A stretch of DNA of 64,000 nucleotides from Trypethelium eluteriae (Eukaryota): the NCBI GenBank assembly GCA_051942245.1, contig JAVECL010000007.1:1-64000 (forward strand). The letters run 5' to 3'. Positions 25,570 to 38,990 of this stretch are shown here, piece by piece; position 1 is the stretch's first letter; each line of letters opens with the position of its first letter. The notes under the pieces are model-generated. The model had not been told where the DNA came from, made no database searches, and worked only from the letters and a program-made list of their open reading frames with translations. The translations under genes were made by a program, and so were the position numbers.

Positions 25570-26285
25570 TTATGCAAACTCAGTTTCGTCGTTATTCGGT
25601 CGAACCCATCCCAATCCCTTCCACACTATATTCACAGTGAGCAAACCTAAAGATACAAATGAAAGACGGTGGACTTTAGCTTACTTTGCATCTTGTCCCA
25701 ATCCTTCCACCAATGTGATATCAATCCTTGATCGTCCAAAATGAAGTTTCCCGCAGCCGTCCATTGACCCCTTCTCTTGGTCGCCTCAATACCATTGTGA
25801 GGCCCACCGATGTGAGAACCAGTTGCTGTATACCTCAAAGAAACGAAGTTCTCTATGGGGTTTCCATTAGTTCTAGAGTACGCTAGTAACAAGAATAGGA
25901 ATACCTTTGGCAACCACAACATCGAATTGAATGATGTGAAGATCCTTCAAGCTAGACATGACGTGACTGTGCGAATCTGCATATTCCTCCGGCGTGTGCG
26001 AAGTAGGAAAGGTGCTGCGAGCATCGAAGGTGCTACCTTTGGCACAAAATTCAGCCACTGCCGTGGCGCTACTATGCGTAGGTGAGTAGGCAATCTGGTA
26101 TGTGTCAGATGTGTTCAATAGTATCCAGTCAATGGTCAATGCACACATACGTCCATGTAACTCAGAACCGTCTTCACGTTCCGCTCTTCTTCTGCACTCA
26201 AGTTTTGGGGAAAGTTCTTGATCTCCTTTGAGACACCGAAGCGTTTAGCAGTCTCAGCTTCGCTAAGGCTTACAATTTTACCCAT
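25570..26285 (-). CDS. SnoaL/NTF2-like (ester cyclase family) small protein
   Basis: Spliced product includes VSLRYTATGSHIGGPHNGIEATKRRGQWTAAGNFILDDQGLISHWWKDWDKMQMWKGLGW; 3 introns. Confidence 0.75.
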
Positions 26286-26886
26286 AATTGCAATTAGAGT
26301 TCAGATAAGGGAGAATCTGGGAAAAGAGAATACAGATAGAGAGTCTCAATCATAGCATAATGTTTTGAGTATTAATGAAATGTATTCGTTGCTTTTGGTC
26401 TTGACGTCATCAGCGGGTCGTCTTTGAAGTGACCCTGTACAAATGCGGAGTTACGGAAAACAATGTCCAGGTCTCTAGGATAGATCAAGGTCCTTCAGGG
26501 ACATTTTCCGTCCTAGTCAGTGAAAAGGTGAATGTTGTCGATCATTCTAGCGCTGCGTGATCCAAAAGAAATACCCCTTACCACCTTTACTCCAAGTAGG
26601 ATGATCTGCATGATCTAAGCATCGGCTGGTTGTTGTGCCAAGCATCGTTGCTACCATGATGGAAGACTTCCAATATCATGGAGTCGCTGAAGCATTTTAA
26701 CCAGCACCAGGAGTACGACTAGAGCTCGGCCTACCGCACGTTGTAACCAAAATTGACTATGTAAGCCAAAATAGGCCAAGCTTTGAGACTTTACAGTGTG
26801 TTATGTCCATTGTCGTCCGGGGAGTTTTGATCTATTCTTTGAAGGCACGAAGACGATTCATGTAATGTCATGCGCGTCAAGGTAGC

Positions 26887-27748
26887 TCACTCGACCCTTC
26901 GCACGCCAACGACGCGACTGAGACGCTCCTCCATGTTCAGCATGGTCTCGTTAGATTGTCGCCCTCTTCGTTCCATATCTGCCATGAGACTGTTTGAATT
27001 GATATGAGCCACTCCACCATGTCAAAATCGAAGGATAATGTACATACATAGAAAGTTCGCAAACTTGTTTTGCCATGCGCCTGGTTTGGATTCTTGTCAC
27101 AGACTCAAGCATCTCCACAACCTTTGATCTCTCTTTAAGCCAGATGTAGCGCTGTACAAGTCCAATTTTGCGATAGTCCGTGGCGTAATAATCATCTTCA
27201 TGCGGATGACCTCGTCGATTTCTCCCCTTTTCTCCGTCAGGATTTCCAGCATATGCATGACCTCCTCCATCACGGGTATCGTAACTGCTTCGACTTCTCC
27301 TCTTCCTACTTCCCTTTCGACTTCGTCCATCTCCGCCTCTTATCCCTTCTTCTTTTTCTCCCCTAAAATCGTTGGGATCTTCATACCCCCACCAGGTCCG
27401 ATATGCAACAGAATCTTCAACTAAGAATGGTCTTTCCAGTCTCTTGAAGTCTCGTATCATGTGCTTGACTGCGTCAGCCAGCACCTTGAAACCCCCTTCA
27501 TCGTAAAGCTCTATGCCTCGCGTCTTTCTCCGAACGGCTCTTAAATGTGCTCTTTCCTCGTATAGGGCTTGTTTGAGATTGCCTAGATAGTCTGGAACTT
27601 CAGTCGGAGCAGCGCGGATGGTTTTGATGTTACTCCAGAACACACGGAAGGCGGTAGCGACGGTAAAGGCGAAGGAGACGAAACCGATAACTACAGATGC
27701 TAGTGAGACAGGGGCGATGGAGGAGTTGGTGGAGAGCGAGACCCCCAT
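26887..27748 (-). CDS. Fungal hypothetical protein with an N-terminal transmembrane helix
   Basis: 265-aa ORF with hydrophobic SVVIGFVSFAFTVAT; predicted last exon ends MEERLSRVVGVRRVE*. Confidence 0.75.
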
Positions 27749-28796
27749 TTGGTGAGCTAGGAGTGTTTAGCTTGAGGAAGCTCTGGACGAAGGAAGATAA
27801 AAAAGAGAGGGGAGGAGGAATAACACAGAGTGTCGGACATCACACATGATCATCAGCAATACTGAAAGTGTCTCGAGGATCCAGCAGGTGGATTCATGAT
27901 CTTGTTGCAGGTGGGTATCTCAAGGTCATGTGGAGTCCAAATTTGGGGTCCCTCCTAGGTAGGGTTGGAGGAGCAACGCGTGATGCAACGCTTTCATCAT
28001 CAGCATCCCTGGTCTTGAACTTACATGTACATTTGGCCTACTTAAAGCTTGTTAGGTACTTTGCAATGTTTGCTGATGCCCATCTTGACCCATGCTCCAG
28101 ATGAAAGTAATCTTAGAACCAAGGATTAGAACGGAGATGCAATATCGGGGCTGCTGTGTACTTCCACCCTTGTGTGGCCGCGATCCGATGTCGCTCACAA
28201 CACTACTCCGTACTGTAACACGTACCCCAAAGCATATGCCAAGATATTGGCTAGGATCAAAATGACAGCAATTTCTTGTGGATCAAAGGTACGCTATCTC
28301 GGCGTATCTCTGCTGATGAGACTACTTCATCCCAATCATTTCCTACCGCTGCAAGCTCCCTTAATCTTTAGTACAACTTATCTCCTCTCTCCTCGGCTTT
28401 TATCTCCATCAGTCCTTATATCCACTAGTCCGCGACTTCATAGCTCGTAAACGGCTGAAACGCCGACTCCGGCCGAGCCGTCTGAATAGCAGCCAATGGT
28501 TCTTGGTCTTTGACAGCTTCTGCCCCGCCAATTCAGAAGCAAAGAGACTTAGATACCTAAGTAGCACATCAACCCCGGAGATCATGCCGGGCCATGGCAC
28601 AGGCCGTCAATCGCATACAGTCGACGAGCCGTATAATCATACCGAGCAGCCTGCTCTCATTCATTCGTTTATAAAAGATTAACCTTCCCAGCTGATCGCT
28701 TGGTTCATCTCGACATTCGTTTTCATCTATATCATCAGTCCTCAGTCCATTAGAAACATTTGCACCATTTGAGACCCAAAAAAGTCCACTTTAACA

Positions 28797-30012
28797 ATGA
28801 CTACCGAGACCATACCTCCAATGGGTAAGACTCATCCTGAGCTGGAAAAGGTTGGTATATCAGCTGCAACTTCGTTACCGACTACCAGCTTAACCTCTCA
28901 TTCAGATACTTTCGCAGCAACCTCCGCCCCCAATTGCCAGCTTCGACGATGTTCCACGCATGCGCGCCATGCTCTCTGAACGAAAACGTAAGCTTACCGC
29001 TACCATGGGTGGTAGTGGACCTCCAACCGGCATCACGGAGAAGGATATACAGGTTCCCTCGCGCGAATCAGGCCGTACTATCACCTGTCGAGTCCACTCC
29101 CCTTCGCCCGAGACGGCACCCAGAGAAGGAAGCCCGCTATTTGTGATTTTTCACGGAGGAGGGTTCTGCTTGGGTGGATTGGAAAACGAGGAGTTGCTTT
29201 GTCGAGCTTTTGCAAAGGAATTGGGTGTTGTGATGCTGAATGTCGATTACCGGCTTGCACCCGAGAATCCATTTCCTGCTGCACCAGAAGATGCTTGGGA
29301 TATTGTGAAATGGGTGAGTGCTTCCGACATATACGGTGACAGCGATATGGGAAAGACTGTTGCTGAAGCAATCAATAGGCTGCTACGCACTCGTCTGAAC
29401 TTCACGCCAATTTGAATCGAGGATTTATCGTGGGTGGCATCTCTGCAGGCGCCAACCTCGCCACAACGATGGGACATCAGGCAAGGGATGAGAAGCTCTC
29501 ACCTCCAATCACTGGCCTTTATTTGTCAATTCCCACAATCTCTACGCCTGAGTCGATTCCGGAGAAGCACAGGAATATTCACATCAGTAAGATTCAGAAC
29601 GCGAATCCGCCAGGTTTAGGGGAGGAAGCCATACGGAAATTCGAGGGTGAGTCTCATAACAAAGGGCCAGCTCTGGTGTCTCCGCGAAATTGTACTGACG
29701 AAACTTTACGAAGAAAACTATGCGCCTGACAGATCATCTCATCTTTTTGCTCCTTTAGGCTGGCCCTCCGGACATACCAATCTTCCACCAACCTACTTCC
29801 AGATCTGTGAGCTTGATCCACTTCGCGATGATGCAATAGTCTTCGAGAAAATGCTGAGAGAAGATTATGGGATCCCAACCAAATATGACTTTTACCCGGG
29901 CTTACCTCACGGATTCTGGAGCTTTCATCCAGAAGCGGAGTTCAGCCAGAGGGTGCCCAAGGATAGTGTGGTAGGATTGAGATGGCTTTTGGAGAAAGGC
30001 GTCTCGAGTTGA
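28797..30012 (+). CDS. Alpha/beta hydrolase, hormone-sensitive lipase-like esterase
   Basis: FHGGGFCLG oxyanion motif, [20 protein letters not shown], nucleophile GISAG, DPLRDD and PGLPHGFW; 3 introns. Confidence 0.92.
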
Positions 30013-30182
30013 ATCTCGGCGAAAAGTTTGTCCAAGTATAGCATGGGTGCATTATGAGGAAACCCCATAGTGAATGCCCGCCTTATGTGCGGAAGCAATC
30101 TCAACAGCCTTGAATTGTGAACAGAAATATCTATCAACCCGAGGTTGAGGGAGTCGTAAGCCAACATCAAACGGCAAATTCT

Positions 30183-31611
30183 TCAAATCTGTCTCTTGTA
30201 TACCATCGAGCCAAATTTCCACACTTGATCTACTAACAACGCTTTTCTACCAGAACCCTCTTGTGCCTCAGACAGGACAACCAGATCAGCGTCCGCATTA
30301 TGCTCGAGGCAACCCTTTGTCTTTTCAAGCCTGAGCATCTTTGCTGGAGTCGATGTCACGGGCTTTATGGCTTCGGGAATACTAACTTCTGCTGCGTTGT
30401 AGAAATTATTGACACAATCGATCAACGGTATAGTCCTGTACCCCGGTTCAGTTTTAATTGAGCTTTAGGACCAAGTTCAACTCACACTCCGGCCAATGTT
30501 TCTGAATCATTCAATGTCAGCACATTGCCCTTCTTTATAAAGTGATCGCCATTGGTCCAATCATACGTTCCATCCGGCAAGCCAGCGGGATGCATCGCAT
30601 CCGTTACGAGGATAAATCCATCTGGATGCGCATTCCAAGCAATGACGACAGAAGTAAGATGAAGATGTACGCCATCCGCGATGATGCCAAAGTATGGTCT
30701 CTGGAGCTTATCTCCTTGACCAAGTACGCCAAAGATTCCAGGATTCCGATGATGCAGAGGCCGCATAGCATTGAAAAGATGGGTCACCATTGTAGATCCG
30801 GCATCCATGGCAGCCTTCATCTGCTCGTATGTTGCTTCTGAGTGGCCTACTGAGAAAATGATCCCCCGGGAGACGATGTCAGGGATGGCGGCTGCAACCC
30901 CAGGAAGTTCAGGGCCAGCAGTGATCATCTTTATGATGGGATTGAAGACATCGTTCGAATCATGCTTCGGCCGTAAGTTATCTGGCCCATAACACTCCAG
31001 TATGTCTTGAAATCCATCGGGTGCTTCTTGTAGTACGTCAATACGGTGCATCCCATTTTTGGTTGGGCTAATGAAAGGTCCTTCACAATGAGCGCCAAGT
31101 GATTCAGCACCATCATTCGGGTTGCGGCGAGCCCCCGAAGGACCACAATACGGTAAAACCTAGACTGTTAGCTTCTTAAATGACCATCACCTTCCTGCAA
31201 TGGACATTATATAGCTTTTACCTTATGATACACTTCTTGATGCGCGCTCGGAAAGGTCGGTAGGTATGAAGTTACGCCACTCTCAATTAGGCTTCTATTG
31301 ACTCGGCGAAAGCCTTTTACGTATTCTGTAATGTCTCCTGGCACGACCGAAAATGAGAATCCGGCAAAGCCATTTAACTGCACATCGATAAAGCCAGGAG
31401 CGAGGATTCGACCACCGAGATCAATGATTTCGTCTGGTATTACCTGATGCTGATAGAAGGCGATCTGACTTTGGATTATCTTGCCAGTTTTCGAGCTAAT
31501 CCAGAGATCTTCATTCACGAGTTCGTTTCCTTTGATCAAGCGGCAATTTACGAATTTGACGATATGACTCTTAGGTCCACCCGGAGAGCCAGGTGATGTA
31601 GAGATTGGCAT
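30183..31611 (-). CDS. dac1: N-acetylglucosamine-6-phosphate deacetylase
   Basis: LAPGFIDVQLNG, GAHCEGPFI, VGHSEAT, THLFNAM, GIIADGVH and LVTDAM motifs; 2 introns. Confidence 0.94.
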
Positions 31612-32823
31612 CGTAGGCCACAGGGATACAGGCCTCAGTATTCTGTATCAGCTCTGCGTTACCACAATCATGATCAGTAAAAGCTCGAAATGATATTCTC
31701 CTTTGGTGGAGTGGGTCTTCAGGTCGTCAAATATTTAAGGCACTCGGTCACGCGGAACGTAATTGAAGCCTCCAAAGCGGTTTTCATTGGGCTGCATTAT
31801 CGATGAGATATCAGTGTCTACGCCAGCCAAGGGTCATGAGATAACTCCACAGGATTGCAACCAAAGAGAGTGGTATCGGTCAGCACGAGGGCGATGAAAC
31901 GTTGGCAGCATTGGACGGTGACGTTACGTTGAAACCAGCCGTGCCTACCTGCTCTCCGTACACCCCCACTCTGATTCACCCACATGGAAAGTGACATTCG
32001 CGCCGACCATGGATCTAGTAAATGTAGTTCTATAAGCACAAACAAGATAGAAAAGCCGGCTAGATCTCATTCCAATTTGCTTCTCGAGCTTCCGCAAGTT
32101 TGATAGTTGGCAGTGGCACTGTTTGAAGCGTGAGCAAGTTCTGGAAAAAGCGACTTGAATTGCCAACTGCAAGACACGAGGCTTTGCGACTGGGGAACAC
32201 TTCACTGGAACCAATTCTGGCTATTGATCTGTGAGTTTCTAAATTCATTGATAACTTGAGAATCAGAGAAACTTATAGCAAATAGCACATGAGCAATCAA
32301 GAATGGCAACATTTGTCACAGAAATATACTAAGACTGTCTAAATATAGCACTTCGGTACATGGGTATTGAAGTCAGACCCAATAATGTCGCTCCTGACAT
32401 GGCAAAAACGCGATCGCTAAAGATTGATGAGCGACAGGTAGAGATAGTCAGCCAGTAACTATTCCGTATGAAGGTGATGAGATTTGCTTGCAGGGTTCGT
32501 CGGTCCAGCCTTTCAGTGGCGTGGGTGGCGTGTCCATGGGTATTTCCATGGACCAGTAGGCCGAGGGACTCGATGACTAAACCAACTCGGGCTTTCCATA
32601 GGTCTAAGAAATCGCTTGTATCTTTGCGCAACATTATCTTGAAGACTTCGACCCTTATCTCAAACCCCATGTCGCCGGATGTCGCCAACAATCAGATCCT
32701 ATAGACAGTCCTAATGGCTAATCGATGGGTTGCCTTTCGGTAGCTATCGCCTCTGAATATCTAAGTACCGAGCCTTCGACCTGAGGTAATCTGTTCCGGC
32801 TCAGGCCCATCACCAGCGTCACC

Positions 32824-35800
32824 ATGGTTGTCAAACAAGAAGCCAAGTTGGACCCAGTATGGGATGATCCTGATAGGTATGACTCTGCATAATAGTCCTT
32901 GACAGGAAGGGCTTCGTGTAACTCAGTGACTGAACTCTTGCAGAACCTTAGGTCAACTATTTATGATGGGATTTGATGGAACGACAGTTACTCCGCAGAT
33001 ACGTCAACTGATTGAGAAGCATCACCTTGGCTCTATTCTGCTAACAGCGAAAAATCTGAAATGTATGTGACTTTGCCTAACCTTCTTGACCCAAGTCTAA
33101 ATTCAGAGTAGCCGCCGAACAGACAACTCAGTTGGTCTATGAGCTTCAGAAATGTGCTCATGACGCTGGACATCCCGTTCCACTACTGGTTGCCGTGGAT
33201 CAAGAGAATGGCGGTGTCAACAGTCTCTTTGACGAGATATACATTCGGCAATATCCCAGCGCGATGGGCGTAGCTGCTACTGGTTCGACTGACCTTGCTT
33301 ATGAAGTCGCAAAGGCTACTGCACAGGAAGTCTCAGCATGCGGTGTCAATTGGATTATGGGACCTTGTCTGGATGTGTTAACTAATGCTCGAAATCAACC
33401 ATTAGGCGTCAGGACAAGTGGGGATGATCCTCAAGAAGTCTCAGCATATGGTGTAGCGTTCATGAAAGGTTACAAAGAGGCTGGCCTGGTCACGCTTGGA
33501 AAGCATTTCCCGTCTTACGGAAATCTTGAGTTTTTAGGCTCTGCATTAGATGTGCCCATCATAACGGAATCCTTGGAACAACTCAGCTTGAGCGCACTCG
33601 TACCTTTCCGGAATGCTATCCGACAAGGCCTTGATTCCATGATGGTTGGTGGATGTGCCATGTCATCTGCAGGTCTGAATGTCATGCATGCCTGTCTATC
33701 CGAACAGGTTATTGAAGGGCTTCTGAGATCGGATCTCAACTTCGACGGCGTGGTGGTCTCCGAATGCCTCGAAATGGAGGCTTTGAGCCACAATATCGGC
33801 GTTGGTGGGGGTACAGTCATGGCAGTAAATGCTGGCTGCGATCTTGTTCTCCTCTGCCGCTCTTTCCCTGTCCAGCAAGAAGCCCTGACGGGGCTCAAAC
33901 TTGGGATCGATAATTCTATGATATCCCTGGATCGAGCCAAAATTTCGCTACGCAGGATTCTCAAGTTGAAATCAAAGTGCACCACATGGGAAAAGGCATT
34001 GAATCCACCAGGGATAGATTGGTTGTCTACTCTGCAACCCTCACACACAGGCCTTTCTACGAAAGCCTACAACAAATCTATAACGGTCGTTCGAGACAAA
34101 GGTCGGTTTTTACCACTTACTAACATAATAGATCCTGAGGAAGAGTTATTACTGTTAACACCACTTGTCAAACCATTGGCAGCATCAGCCGCATCAAAAG
34201 CCCTGTCAGAAACTGCCAATACTGGCTCACCGGAACCTGCGGTCTGGGAGAGAAGCGCTTCTGTAATGAGCGGAGAACGAGTGTTCCGGGAATTAGGTCG
34301 ATCGCTCGCAAGGCAAAGAAGTGGACGAGTATTGCACACATCCTACACTGCAAACGGTGTTCGGCCGGTACACGAAAACCTTATCAATCGAGCAAGCGCA
34401 ATCATTGTACTTACGGCAGATGCGAATCGCAATTTATACCAGCAAGGCTTTACAAAGCATGTCTCCATGATCTGCAGTATGCAATATTCAGCCGGTGGTG
34501 AAAGGCGTGAAAAGCCGCTCATTGTGGTTTCCGTCAGCTCACCATACGACTTTGCAATGGACGCAGGGATAGGAACCTATATTTGCACATACGACTTTAC
34601 CGAGACAGCTTTGAACTCACTCGTCAACGTATTGTACGGTGAACACTCCCCAACTGGGACTTTGCCCGGCACAATCAGTCAGAGCCAGAAGCTACACCAA
34701 TCAAGGCAGCATTGGCTTGTAGAGAACTTCAACGAGGAAAGAGACGCGAATGCTCTGGACGCACTCCTCAGAACTGTCGTCGAGAGCACGCCGCTGAACC
34801 AGCACTCAGAACTATCGAGTGCGAGCTCCAACTCATTTCTACTACACAATCAAGAGATTATTGAGGCCCACTTTGTAGTGCGCAATAGTAGCACACATGT
34901 CCTCTACGGATTTTGCTCAACCTACTTTTTCAAAACAACAGGCACAGGCGTGATAGGCGGTCTGATTGTAGATCCATCGAGGAGGAAATTGTCCATCGGC
35001 CATTCTCTTCACAATCGGGCTATCCGAACGTTGCTACAACGAGAAGGCATCAAACGATTTCAACTAGGTTCCAGACTCCCCAGCATGTTCCTTGGTATAC
35101 CGACTGGCCACGGCTCAGAACGCAAACGGCTTCGAGCATGGTTTGCTAACATGGGGTGGAACACGGCATTGTCTCGACCGGTATGCAGCATGGTGGCACG
35201 CAATCTGGCATCCTGGGCACCACCAGATGGTATGGCGAAGAGCCTCCAAAGTGCCGGTGCGCAGTTTGATCTTGTCTATGGGTGGGAGTACGCCGGCCCG
35301 ATCCTTGATCACATCAAGACGAACAATCGACAAGGACTCGCAGAGGTGTACAATATGGCTCTCGCCGACTCTTCGGCTTGCGGCATCATTCGAGCAAAAC
35401 GACCTGAAGACGATACACTTGTCGGCACTGTCGTGCTATATAATATGCAATCGAATCTTGCAGAATTTGTGCCTGGCATCAAAGATATTGGCGAAACAAC
35501 AGGGGGAATTTCGTCGCCGGTCATCTCACCCTCGGTAGGAGAGTATTCTACCCTTTTACAGGGCTTGATACTTCTGGGAATCCGATGTCTCAAGCAGCAA
35601 GGATGCAATGCTTGCATTTTGGACTACGTATGTGCACGCCCTGTCGGCGAGGAAAAATTGACCAAATTCACTGACTTGATTTCCAGATGGATGGCGATGG
35701 TAATTTCGATGGGCTCTCGGCTATGGGCTTCGGAGTTCTTCACAACTTCGAAGAAGTCTCTTGTGATGCGGCGACATGGACGATGGTCCCACCATCGTAA
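32824..35800 (+). CDS. ngs1: GH3 beta-N-acetylglucosaminidase-like domain fused to a C-terminal GNAT acetyltransferase-like region (Ngs1/Nag3 type)
   Basis: GQLFMMGFDG, VAVDQENGGVN, KHFPSYGN, GVVVSECLEM and SPYD motifs, then GNAT-like LIVDPSRRKLSIGHSL; lies beside dac1. Confidence 0.88.
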
Positions 35801-36264
35801 AAGATAGTTAAAGGCGGCACCTGCAGAGATCCAGGATGCTATGCGGCTTATGTGGCGTCTTAGTCGTGATTTGACCTTACATGTACCAATCAGGTTGGAT
35901 GCCCCGAGATTTGATCAGTCATTTGTTGGAGCTTGGACAACGTTAGGGGATTTCGGAGGGCGGGTGGCAAGCCATCAGATGAGGCTCGTCACCTAGTTTC
36001 GAACAAGCGTTTGTAGTTTCAGGCTCTTTCAGGCTCAGGAGTGGTGGGCGAGGCGATGGATTGGCGGAGCGGAGAGCGACTGCAGCGAAGCCTGAAGAGG
36101 CAGGTGCCGGGAGGGCCGAACGGGCGCTTGGGAGGTGCGGGTGATGTGGTAGGAACACCCAGCTAAGGCCTAAGGAATGTGGATGTGGATGTGGAAGGGA
36201 TGTGGGCGCGAAGGAGCAGGTGGGGCCGTTGATTAGCCTGACCGGGTGCGGGCCTCGCCAAATG

Positions 36265-36372
36265 CTGCCGAGGGCGCGAGGGTGCGAGGGTGCGCAGGCT
36301 CAGAGGCACGAGAGGCACGAGAGGCAGGAGGCCCAGGAGGCCCAGGAGGCCCAGGAGGGCCCGGAGGGGAGC
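36265..36372 (+). repeat. Purine-rich low-complexity tandem repeats (GAGGGTGC x2, AGAGGCACG x2, CAGGAGGCC x3)
   Basis: Read directly in the ngs1-ron1 intergenic region. Confidence 0.8.
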
Positions 36373-37236
36373 GTTGGTGGCATTTGCTGGTCCACATACA
36401 GCCACTACCTGTAATGTAGCTCTTAGCCTGCGTCGCCTAAGCTCGCCGATCAGCGAACATCGAAGCTCTAGAAAAGCTGTGGAAGCAGCTTCTCGCCCGC
36501 GCTGCAGTGTCGCTTGTGACTCCACGTGCCATCGAGCAAATCCTCCTTGAGGTCCTTTCCCCACCACTTTCTCGGAGGCTTGCTATTCTCCACCCAAAAT
36601 AACATCTCGTTTCAGACCCTTCCGTCCTCCTTGTCCCGCCGTAATTATTATCGTTCTTTTTCGTTCACTCTGCTGGGCCCTTCCGCCCGTTTCCCGTGTG
36701 CCGTTTCCCTCACTCGGGTACGTGCGCACCTGATATGTTTTGGATCTTCTGCGTTGTCCGGACTCGCATTTAGGGCTGGCCAGATAACACTTGGGCGCTT
36801 CTGCAGTTGGCCGAAATCGTCATCGCATCCTGCAGTCGGTCGCACAGCGACGGCCGTGAGCAGTCGGTGGCCTGTCCTTTGCTGGTAGGAGAATCCGGCT
36901 CAGCGACCCCCGTACCACCACCACCCTCCGCTGCTGACCTGCTCTCCCGCGTCCCTGCACACTGTCAAAGCGCAACTGGTCGTGTTCACTGGATCCTGCT
37001 AGTCTTTGGGCTGTCGCATCGCTGCCGAACCGTGATAACGATTCTACGACTATCCAAATTCTCTCAGCAGCGCCTTCCAGAGCCGTCCCAGAAGCTCCAC
37101 CTCGACTACTATCAACGGTCACCAGTCGCGCCCTGGCTTGTCTGAAAAAGATACTGGTCGACTCATATTGAATGCGCATGCTGCGCCTGCATACTTTCCT
37201 GTTCTTACTGTTCCGTGTCGGCAGCTTCGAGCCATC

Positions 37237-38990
37237 ATGGAGGGCTTTGATACGATTACCATGTCATATTTGACCAATAATCCAATGTCACTCTCCGGCG
37301 CAACGACGGCAGATCAGCTTTCAGCTTCGCTACTACCTCATGATATGGCTGATCATCTATCCAATTTCGACGCCGAGACTTTCCCAGGGTACGTTGATAG
37401 GTCTCCTCTAACCTCCCTCGCTCTCCTTGCGATACATACTATGCGAGCCATTCCATCGGCCCCACTTCGAAGCAACTCTGACTTTTATTTAGAAGCGACG
37501 ACAATTTCGGGCCGCCTCCAATACCACCTCATACGCCAGGTCTCAAACGTTTCTCCAGTACTTACGAGGATCCATTCTCCGATGTCCTCAGCACATACGA
37601 CCAACCGTTACAGCCTGAGCAGAACGGAACGGAGAGCGAGTCGATCGACCGCGACAACAAGCTTCTCAGCTTTTCCGTTCCAACACTCCATTATAGGCTC
37701 CTCGACTATGCTCTGCGCCCAACGTCCATCACACTCTCTGCCCAACTCCATGGTATGTTCTTTTTGGCCGAATCGCCATGGGCAGCCAGTGGTGAAACGG
37801 CGGCACCGCCAACTGAGTTGACATGTTATCGTCGCAATCTTTTTCAGATCACAGGTACAATCACACTACCACGCATGCTACGTTTCATCATGACCGAGCA
37901 AGGCGAGCAGATCCCAATCATTGCGCAGGAACTATCTATCTCGGCCACTGAGTCGGTTGAGGGTAACTCGGTCAAAATCATATCAGTACCATGGAAAACA
38001 CCAGCGACAAACCAACCTGTTGTCGAAGATAAGGCGGAAAAGGAGCCATCTGCAATTCTGCTTGACTTGATTAATGGACAAGAAATGGATTCTGAGTTTG
38101 TGAGCTTTCCAATTGCCTGGAAACGGCTGCAATTTAGGATCGCCACGGCGAACAACGGCAGGAGAAAGGAGCTGCAGCAACATTTTGTCGTCCGTCTGAA
38201 AGTTGTTGCTACTCTCGCAACCGGCATCAAAGTGCTAATTGCAGAGAGCCAGTCTGGTGCAATTATCGTTCGAGGCAGAAGCCCGAGAAACTTTCAATCT
38301 CGAAAAGATTTCCCGTTGAGCGCTGGGGGCTCTACTTCAAGGAAGAACATGCACTTACCTACGGCGCCCACTCGGACTCCTACCAATGATTCGCTTCCTC
38401 AACTCACTCCTGACCGCATCAAAAACAATGGACCAACATCTAATCCCTTCCCTAATGGTAACACGGACTTGCAAATTTCTCCCGACTTTTTCGAATGGAA
38501 GATTCCCACAGGACAGACTGGGGCGATGACCGCGATCCCTCAAGATCCCACATCCTATGCCCTCGCCACCCCTAACGCCTACGCTCAGTCCAGCCCAGAT
38601 TTATCCCGTCACTCCCACCACGGATCTCGTTCTGTGACTGCACCTATCAATCTATCGCTCACGGACGATGAACCCAAACCCAAATCATCCGCCTCCCCTT
38701 CAAATAGCAACAACGATGGCCAGCCGCGCAAGCTTCCAAAACTCAATAGCGTACCTCCGCCACCCCGAGCATCTAGCTTTTCCCTCAACATGATCAGCAG
38801 TCCAGATGAGAGTGCGGATCTTCTCTATGAATACTTTCCTCTTGGTTTGGATGATTGGATGCCCCCTGTAGATGCAGTGTACAGACCACATGTGGTACAT
38901 CAACTCAATCTACCCCCTGATCCAAAGGCACAGGCAGTCAAGAACCGAAGTAAGAGGTATTTCTCAGAGGATCAAGGGCCTGATAGATGA
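37237..38990 (+). CDS. ron1: Ndt80/PhoG-family transcription factor (RON1/XprG type)
   Basis: AQLHGMFFLAES, ELTCYRRNLFQITG, WKRLQFRIATANNGRRKELQQHF and IIVRGRSPRNF motifs; C-terminal LLYEYFPLGLDDWMPPVDAVYRPH; one intron at ~37389-37491; located in the GlcNAc cluster. Confidence 0.9.

Noticed and set aside
31818..32704. ORFs between dac1 and ngs1 as possible remnants of the deaminase or kinase
   Set aside because: No NagB or hexokinase motifs seen; treated as a divergent promoter.
36163..36567. ORFs with RRP/QEA/LLG repeats
   Set aside because: Translations of the simple tandem repeat.
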